From a virus, in IMG/VR virus record IMGVR_UViG_3300042691_018527, positions 22,012 to 86,011 of that record: 64,000 nt of DNA, one strand, 5' to 3'. Position numbers and translations under genes: made by a program. Position 1 is the first letter of the stretch, and the number at the start of each line of letters is the position of its first letter. The notes below the pieces were generated by a model. It saw only the letters and a program-made list of their open reading frames with translations. It was not told where the DNA came from and made no database searches. Below are positions 57,890-64,000 of the stretch, piece by piece.

Positions 57890-58166
57890 AAATAAAAACT
57901 GGAAAACAATCCACGAAGAAACATCTGTTTTGGCTAAATGGATGGCTCTTTATGAAGCAATAAATATTTTAGCTGATAAAGCAGAGGAGAAAGGTATACC
58001 GTTTAAACAAATAGAATTAAAACCTCTTGCAATTAAGAAATATATCACGTCAACAGAAAACATCATTCTTAAAAAGTTGTTAAAGAACGATTATAATATT
58101 GATATTTGTTATGATGACGACTACGAGAGTAGAGATTACTCTGATTGTGAAATAGAAAAGATTTAA
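57879..58166 (+). CDS. hypothetical protein
   Basis: 95 aa ORF overlapping the previous gene. Confidence 0.55.
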   Translation: MKNRNKNWKTIHEETSVLAKWMALYEAINILADKAEEKGIPFKQIELKPLAIKKYITSTENIILKKLLKNDYNIDICYDDDYESRDYSDCEIEKI

Positions 58167-58792
58167 TAATCTCCGTATACGGAAGTATCTGAACAAGGAC
58201 TTTCTTCAAAGTAATCAAAGTTATCTTTAGATGCTTGTTCTAATATATCATTGTCATTATTTGGAGTATTTCCTTGACCAGCACCAGGACTTCCATTTTC
58301 AAAACTAAAGTCATATCTCTTAGCTTTGAAGAACCATACATAATGTCCTGCTATTGCATTTAATTGAAATTCATCAATTACTTCAGTTATCTCGTAAACA
58401 GTCGGTCCTCTTTTTGGAAAGTTTATTCTATCACTACCAAATTCAGTCAGCTTGATTAGGTCGCCCATTTTTGGTTCAGATGAAAGACCATATACTTCTG
58501 TGAATGATGTTGGGTGTATAACACCAGTCATATCACTATCTGCAATTACACCAAATTTTGATAACAAATAAGAATCATTTGTTAAATTTAAAAGTAAAAT
58601 CATGTTTTTACCATTACTAAATCCAGCAGTTGGGTCTTCGCCATATAGAGGATTTGATCCACTTAAAGTTGTTTGGTTTGAATAATATGTAACGTCTTGA
58701 CCAAATATGTTTATTTGTTCAAGCCACCAATTTGAGAAATTTAATCTTTCCTGTAAATTGATTTGTTTATTTAAAAACCTTAAAGATTCCAT
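58163..58792 (-). CDS. gp14: neck protein gp14-like
   Basis: INIFGQDVTY, LYGEDP, LSKFG, PKMGDLI, YEITEV motifs. Confidence 0.78.
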   Translation of the reverse strand: MESLRFLNKQINLQERLNFSNWWLEQINIFGQDVTYYSNQTTLSGSNPLYGEDPTAGFSNGKNMILLLNLTNDSYLLSKFGVIADSDMTGVIHPTSFTEVYGLSSEPKMGDLIKLTEFGSDRINFPKRGPTVYEITEVIDEFQLNAIAGHYVWFFKAKRYDFSFENGSPGAGQGNTPNNDNDILEQASKDNFDYFEESPCSDTSVYGDY

Positions 58793-58793
58793 G

Positions 58794-59159
58794 TTATTCC
58801 TTTTCTTTTCTTATAAGAATATATTCTTGTGGTGCAATATATCTAATATAAACGCCTGTTTGTTTGATAGCTTTGTCTTTTTCGGATTCAGTCGGACAAG
58901 CATTATATTTTTTTATAATATCCATTGCTTCACCATTTGTTAATGGGACAATTCCTTTTTCACAATTTAAACATACTGTTATTTTTGGATGTTCGTGTTG
59001 TTTTTCTGTTGCTGATCTAGCAACCAAATTAGCACCGGTCTTTCTGGTTAATCCAGAGTTCATTAATCTACCAACAGTTTGATGCTTTTTATTTCCAGTG
59101 TTAGGACTTAAAAGTTTTTTGTCGTTCTGTTTAAAATAATCACCAAAACTAATATTCAT
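58794..59159 (-). CDS. hypothetical late protein
   Basis: GTAAGTA at 59166-59172, 6 nt before ATG. Confidence 0.6.
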   Translation of the reverse strand: MNISFGDYFKQNDKKLLSPNTGNKKHQTVGRLMNSGLTRKTGANLVARSATEKQHEHPKITVCLNCEKGIVPLTNGEAMDIIKKYNACPTESEKDKAIKQTGVYIRYIAPQEYILIRKEKE

Positions 59160-59172
59160 TTGATATACTTAC

Positions 59173-59209
59173 AAAAAAAGAAACCCCGCACAAGCGAGGT
59201 TTCTTTTTT
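59173..59209 (-). terminator. rho-independent terminator
   Basis: Minus strand AGAAACCTCGC-TTGT-GCGGGGTTTCT followed by a T-run, just after the 59230 gene end. Confidence 0.8.
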
Positions 59210-59229
59210 ATTTTATTTTTATGTTAGTA

Positions 59230-60099
59230 TTATTTAAAATACTCGTCGCCCTTTTTAATTGATGAACCTTCAACGTCTTGTTTCTTTTTTGTTAATTTAG
59301 AAACAGCTGGTTTTGTATTATGGGACTTCATTGGCTTATTTGATCCTTTACCAGTAGCAGGAACCGAAGCTGATTTTCCTTTTACTTTTGATAAAGTTCC
59401 TTCAACCTTATGGCTTTTAGGGCTTGTTAATTTCTTTACAGCAGAATCAACATTAACTTTATCTGCTTCATCTAAGGCAAATGATTCTTTGGAAAGAGTT
59501 TCGTCGTCTTCGCCTTCTTCTTCGCCTTCTTCCATTTCACTGGAATCTTCTGGCATTTCTTCTTCATCTTCACCTTCTTCACCTTCTTCTTCTGATTCTT
59601 CTTCACCCAAAGCGGCTTGTAAAACTTCAATTAACTTGGAAGCTAAATCTTTATCCAAAGTTAAAGTAACTTCTTCACCAGATTCTTCTTCACTATCATC
59701 AAATTCGGCTAAATCTTCTTCGGCTTCTTCATCACCAAGACCCATTGTGGTATCTTCAAATGCATTAGATGGTTCAATTTCGTTTTCTTCATCTGTTGAG
59801 AAGTTGAATGTTTCTTCTGAAACAATTTTATTGAACAAAGCATCAAATGGATTTGTTGCTTCTTTGAATGTAGGAGCTTTCTTTAAAGCAGAATCAACAT
59901 CAGATGTTAATTCTTTTGGAGCTTCTTCAGCATCTTCTAAATCTTCAACGTCTTCTGGTCCAGAATCTTTGATAAAATTGCTGGCGTTTTTTTCATTTTC
60001 AGAATGACCAAATGCGGCACCAACTTTTAAATTGGTTTTAACTTTGCAATCAGCTTCTTCGTTGATAATTTGCATGTAGGCTTGTGTTAATGGGTCCAT
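59230..60099 (-). CDS. highly acidic late protein with basic C-terminus (prohead core/internal protein-like)
   Basis: E/D-rich middle, many I/L/V-x-E sites (IINE, IVSE); GTAAATA at 60111-60117; own terminator. Confidence 0.6.
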   Translation of the reverse strand: MDPLTQAYMQIINEEADCKVKTNLKVGAAFGHSENEKNASNFIKDSGPEDVEDLEDAEEAPKELTSDVDSALKKAPTFKEATNPFDALFNKIVSEETFNFSTDEENEIEPSNAFEDTTMGLGDEEAEEDLAEFDDSEEESGEEVTLTLDKDLASKLIEVLQAALGEEESEEEGEEGEDEEEMPEDSSEMEEGEEEGEDDETLSKESFALDEADKVNVDSAVKKLTSPKSHKVEGTLSKVKGKSASVPATGKGSNKPMKSHNTKPAVSKLTKKKQDVEGSSIKKGDEYFK

Positions 60100-60143
60100 A
60101 GTATTTTAAATATTTACTCTAATCAAATTACAAATCTACAAAA

Positions 60144-60368
60144 TTATTTCTTTTTTGGCTCAACTTTATCAGAAGTAATTTTCTTACCTGATTTTTTTGC
60201 TGATTTTTTAATTCCCTTAATTATTTCTTCTTTATGTTCTTTCCCAAACTTTTTACCAGTTTTCTTTTCAATAGATTTTTCAACAGCCCAAGGATTTACT
60301 TTCTTTTTAGCTTCTTCTAAAATTTGACCATATGCTTCTTCCAATAAAATTTGATCTTTACTTCTCAT
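60144..60368 (-). CDS. small basic protein, candidate internal head protein
   Basis: MRSKDQILLEEAYGQILEE then Lys-rich region with NPWAV; GTAAATA 5 nt before ATG. Confidence 0.65.
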   Translation of the reverse strand: MRSKDQILLEEAYGQILEEAKKKVNPWAVEKSIEKKTGKKFGKEHKEEIIKGIKKSAKKSGKKITSDKVEPKKK

Positions 60369-60398
60369 GTTAATATTTACTTCTCATGTTAATATTTA
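60357..60398. repeat. 19-bp tandem duplication of promoter plus start codon
   Basis: TTTACTTCTCATGTTAATA twice, plus TTTA. Confidence 0.9.
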
Positions 60399-60892
60399 AT
60401 TGGCTTGTATATAGTGCTGTTTGGTTTTTCTTCTGAAATTTTCCAATGTCCCCAATGGTTTAAAATATTATTAAGCACTATATAATATATATTTCCAGTT
60501 TCTTTCTTCATTGTTCTAGGTTTAAATCTTATTTTATTTTCAACTTCAATAGATAATACATTTTTTTTTATTTCACTTGGTTGTTCTTTTACTATTTTTT
60601 CTGAATGTCCAGTAGTTGATTTTAAAAAATCATGAGAAGGTTTTTTGTTTATTGGATCATAAATAGTTAAACCATTAGAAATAATTTCAATTACAATTCC
60701 AGATTTATTTTGACCTTGACCCAATGCTAGATTGCGATCAGTTGAAAAATAATATTCCTTTGGTCCCCCTGGACTATTCGATGACATATTAGGATGTATA
60801 AATTCAACAGCTTCATCAACCGAAAGCTCTCTAAATAAAGAATAATTTAAATTTTCATTAATTATTTTTTTAAAAATTTTATCAAATTTCAT
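60389..60892 (-). CDS. putative ADP-ribosyltransferase-fold protein
   Basis: LFRELS...YYFSTDRNLA...GIVIEI...HSEKIV (R-S-E-like order); TAAATA 6 nt before ATG. Confidence 0.45.
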   Translation of the reverse strand: MKFDKIFKKIINENLNYSLFRELSVDEAVEFIHPNMSSNSPGGPKEYYFSTDRNLALGQGQNKSGIVIEIISNGLTIYDPINKKPSHDFLKSTTGHSEKIVKEQPSEIKKNVLSIEVENKIRFKPRTMKKETGNIYYIVLNNILNHWGHWKISEEKPNSTIYKPIKY

Positions 60893-61691
60893 ATTGATTA
60901 TTTAGTAATAATAGAGACTCTTTTTTTAAGTCTAAACATTGAATTAATTCATAATCATTTTCACCATTAACCCAAACTATAAATGATTTTGGAACTTTAA
61001 ATTCTGTAACTTTTTCAATTATCGTAGAATACAAAGAAAGTTGCAAACTATATTTAGAATACTCGCAATTATCCAAGTGAGACAAAGAATATAACAATTT
61101 TTCCTTTCTCGGATTTTTCATTTTTATCTCTTTGTTTGTTTTATAATCGAACATAACAAATTCCTTTTTTACAAAATTATATGAAAGATTATCAATAGAT
61201 CCACATATACCAGTTTCCTCGTCGCCTACTACAAATTCTGATTTTATTAAAATGTGTTCTTTTTTCCACCATTCATAGAAATTTTTAAAATTTCTAATCA
61301 ATAGTGCAATATCTTGATAATATGTCTTAATAGAATTATCAGTCTTGAAATCCTTTTTGTTTTCAAAAAATAAATTTATAGCATCTTTGTCTATGGTTGT
61401 TTGTTTTCTATTAAAGAAATTTTCAACAAATTTATGAAATTCCGATCCTTTATGACATGAATAATCTCTTGCAAAGTCCCATTGACTTAAGACTTCTTCA
61501 ACAGAAAATCCATCTCTTTTGGCTACCATTTCTGCTATTACCTTTGATTCAAAAGGCTTTTCAAACTTCTTAATAAGCTGAGATACTGACATTTTAGCCG
61601 GTTTCCCGCTTATTGTGTATTTGTGATCTTTTTCAAAAAACAAGATATTTGAAAAAGAACTTTCTAGTGTTATGAGTGTATCAAAATTCAT
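60882..61691 (-). CDS. PD-(D/E)XK exonuclease
   Basis: H.Y...SVSQLI, KGSEFH, SEF, GSIDNL, FDYKT, YSLQLSLY motifs. Confidence 0.85.
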   Translation of the reverse strand: MNFDTLITLESSFSNILFFEKDHKYTISGKPAKMSVSQLIKKFEKPFESKVIAEMVAKRDGFSVEEVLSQWDFARDYSCHKGSEFHKFVENFFNRKQTTIDKDAINLFFENKKDFKTDNSIKTYYQDIALLIRNFKNFYEWWKKEHILIKSEFVVGDEETGICGSIDNLSYNFVKKEFVMFDYKTNKEIKMKNPRKEKLLYSLSHLDNCEYSKYSLQLSLYSTIIEKVTEFKVPKSFIVWVNGENDYELIQCLDLKKESLLLLNNQYEI

Positions 61692-62893
61692 TAAGCACCA
61701 AATCCAATCTTTTTTTCTTTTTTCTTTTCGCTCTTTTCTGGTTTGTATAAAAGATTGTAAATGTCTGCTATAACCATCTTATCGGTTATATTTTCTTCTA
61801 TTTCTTGTTTAGAAAAACCAAGATGTTTTGCTAATTTTTTTGAATCTTCCATTTCAAGTGGACCAAACTCATAATCGATTTGAAGTCTACCTTTTCTACG
61901 TAATGCTTCATCGACATCTTGTTTTGGACAGTTATATGTCAATATAATAGGACATTTTAAAATATCTCCTAATATTCCATCTGAAATATTCAGTAGAGAT
62001 GTAACAGATGAAGAATCTATTCCATCATTTAACCTTTTAACAATTGCTTTTTCAGCATCTTCAAGAATCAATATTGAGTTTTTCTTCTGCAAAAGAGAAG
62101 CAAAATTACTTGGATTATTGATAAAACTATCAACCATAATCGCTGGAATATAAATAAAATCTTTTTTAACTTGTGTTGTTAAATATTTTAGGAAAGTGCT
62201 TTTACCAGTTCCAGGAGGACCATGGAACATATAAAGTCCTTTGTTGCTTTCTGTTAATTTTTTAACTATTTCTTTTTCTACATCTAAAAACTTTTCACCG
62301 TAATTTAAACCAATATTAACATCTTTTGGTAAATCCATTTTTATTGGTTCAAAAACATATTCATCATATCTGTTTTTTATAAACAGATGAATTTTAGAAC
62401 ATTCAACATTATCTATAAATGGTTCAAAATCTTCCAATGGAATTTTTGGATTCAGACTGGTGTAGTAAATCATCATTTCATATGTTCTATCTTCCAAATC
62501 TTTTAATTTTTCGTTCACATTTTCTGGTGTACCAAAACTAACCAATTCCCCCTTTGAATTTGTAAAATAAGGGATTTCATCTAATTCCGCTTCTTTCACC
62601 ATTATTTTTACAAAAATGTTTTTATATTTAAAAATAAAACTGCCAGCTTTAAAATTTTTATTGTTAACTCTTAAATTTTTGAGTTTACCTGATATTGAAT
62701 TATATACTAAACTTCCATTTTTTAATAAAAAATCCAAAATAGGAGAATTAAAAGCCTCGTTTATATATAAAACACAAGGAATACCTTCGTTTAAAGAACT
62801 CAAATATAAAAACAAAGGAAACTCATTTGTTGATGTGTTGCTTTTATAAAAGCCAGTTAAATCGGTGTTAAATTTGTTTTTTGTTGAAAACAT
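61691..62893 (-). CDS. AAA+ ATPase
   Basis: GPPGTGKS, LILEDAE, LLNISDG, ALRRKGR motifs. Confidence 0.9.
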   Translation of the reverse strand: MFSTKNKFNTDLTGFYKSNTSTNEFPLFLYLSSLNEGIPCVLYINEAFNSPILDFLLKNGSLVYNSISGKLKNLRVNNKNFKAGSFIFKYKNIFVKIMVKEAELDEIPYFTNSKGELVSFGTPENVNEKLKDLEDRTYEMMIYYTSLNPKIPLEDFEPFIDNVECSKIHLFIKNRYDEYVFEPIKMDLPKDVNIGLNYGEKFLDVEKEIVKKLTESNKGLYMFHGPPGTGKSTFLKYLTTQVKKDFIYIPAIMVDSFINNPSNFASLLQKKNSILILEDAEKAIVKRLNDGIDSSSVTSLLNISDGILGDILKCPIILTYNCPKQDVDEALRRKGRLQIDYEFGPLEMEDSKKLAKHLGFSKQEIEENITDKMVIADIYNLLYKPEKSEKKKEKKIGFGA

Positions 62894-62899
62894 ACAGTC

Positions 62900-62928
62900 A
62901 TACTATATGAAAAAAAAAATATTTTCAA
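62900..62928 (-). promoter_or_regulatory. sigma70-type promoter for the AAA ATPase
   Basis: TTGAAA-N17-TAGTAT, 6 nt before ATG 62893. Confidence 0.55.
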
Positions 62929-63093
62929 TAAAAATTTTTTTTATTTCGTATATTGTTTAAAAAATAAACAGTTTAGAACAAAAAAATGTGCAAAAATATG
63001 TACAATTTTTTATATATAAATTATTCAAAACAAAGTTTTTATATTTTATTTCTTGATTATTTTTTAAAAACATGATATGAAATAAGTATTAAG

Positions 63094-63468
63094 ATGAAAA
63101 GATTGACCAAAAAACAAGTTCTAGACATTCATGAAAAGTGTCTTAATTTGGTCAAAAGAAAACCACCTGAGTTTTTTCAACTCAAAAAAATGAGAAGATA
63201 TCAGGGTTCGTGTAATTGGACAGATATAGAGATCGATTATAGAACTGAACTTTTATCGACAGCTTATCACGAATGCGTACATTATCTTTTCCCTCATTTT
63301 TCAGAATCAATGGTTCTTTATACAGAAAAAAGAATTGTAAATGTATGTGATCCATTCGACATTTCATATTTTTTAAAAATACTTGCGAATAAACTTTACA
63401 AATCGGAATTTCAAAAGTATATATTAAAACACCGAAAAATTAAAAAAACAAAACACAAAACAACATGA
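63094..63468 (+). CDS. small HExxH metallopeptidase-like protein
   Basis: TAYHECVHY; ATAAGTA at 63082-63088, 5 nt before ATG. Confidence 0.6.
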   Translation: MKRLTKKQVLDIHEKCLNLVKRKPPEFFQLKKMRRYQGSCNWTDIEIDYRTELLSTAYHECVHYLFPHFSESMVLYTEKRIVNVCDPFDISYFLKILANKLYKSEFQKYILKHRKIKKTKHKTT

Positions 63469-64000
63469 TATTCGAAGAACAAATCTCACGCAAACCTAAC
63501 CTTTACCCTTGGACAGATGAATTTATTGAAGCTATGCACAATGGCTTTTGGACGGATAAAGAATTTTCATTTAAATCTGATGTTCAACAATTCAAGGTAA
63601 AATTAACAGATCAAGAAAAAGAAATTATAGTAAGAACCCTTTCTGCTATTGGACAAATCGAAATTGCAGTTAAAACGTTTTGGTCTAAGTTGGGAGAGAA
63701 TCTACCACATCCATCTCTTGCCGATTTAGGTTTTGTTATGGCTAATGTGGAAGTAATTCACAATAATGCATACGAAAGATTGATTACTACACTAGGATTA
63801 GAAGATGTTTTTGAGAAAAATTTAAAACTCGACTGGATTCAAGGTCGTGTAAAATATCTCAAAAAATATACACACCGTTTTTATAAAGATAGTAAGAAAC
63901 AATATCTTTATGCATTAATTTTATTCACATTGTTTGTCGAAAACGTTTCTTTGTTTTCACAATTTTATGTAATCAATTGGTTTGCTAGACATAAGAATGT
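63465..64000 (+). CDS. nrdB: ribonucleotide reductase beta subunit (class Id-like), truncated by window end
   Basis: Manual translation MIFEEQISRKPNLYPW...FWTDKEF...AIGQIEIAVKTFW...EVIHNNAY...FVENVSLFSQF. Confidence 0.92.
   Translation, partial: MIFEEQISRKPNLYPWTDEFIEAMHNGFWTDKEFSFKSDVQQFKVKLTDQEKEIIVRTLSAIGQIEIAVKTFWSKLGENLPHPSLADLGFVMANVEVIHNNAYERLITTLGLEDVFEKNLKLDWIQGRVKYLKKYTHRFYKDSKKQYLYALILFTLFVENVSLFSQFYVINWFARHKN

Noticed and set aside
59489-60007. 172-aa Ser-rich plus-strand ORF
   Set aside because: Antisense shadow of the Glu/Asp codons in the acidic minus-strand gene
200-63367. Numerous 60-155 aa ORFs antisense to or nested in larger genes (e.g. 2334-2708, 35702-36169, 46997-47440)
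   Set aside because: They overlap well-supported genes and show no motifs or promoter signals
1-64000. Stop-codon recoding, tRNA or rRNA genes
   Set aside because: Core genes are full length in the standard code with TAA, TGA and TAG stops; intergenic gaps are short and show no cloverleaf by eye

Overview
This window is part of an AT-rich, densely coded T4-like (myovirus) phage genome that reads in the standard genetic code. The plus-strand left half carries replication and recombination genes: uvsY, uvsW, gp55 late sigma factor, gp47, gp46, gp43 polymerase, uvsX, gp41, a DHH protein, a gp59-like protein, gp32 and a gp45-like clamp. The mostly minus-strand right half carries virion genes (split gp5, gp27-like hub, gp3, gp17, gp53, gp48/54-like, tape measure-like, two gp26-like, gp19, gp18, gp14), then phoH, an exonuclease, an AAA ATPase and a truncated class Id-type nrdB. 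The main novelty is a ~15.6 kb, 19-gene soluble glycan-synthesis island between gp47 and gp46. It holds 10 glycosyltransferase-like genes, 4 methyltransferases and an apparently complete hybrid NDP-heptose pathway, and one more glycosyltransferase sits just before the polymerase. Other signals: (1) sigma70-type and TAARTA late promoters mostly 5-7 nt from start codons, implying leaderless mRNAs; (2) small late proteins sharing a capsid-targeting-like N-terminus, one with an ADP-ribosyltransferase-like motif; (3) a gp5 OB-fold with two wall hydrolases nested inside; (4) a perfect hairpin whose loop is the uvsX -35 box. All calls come from motif recognition by eye; no searches were run.
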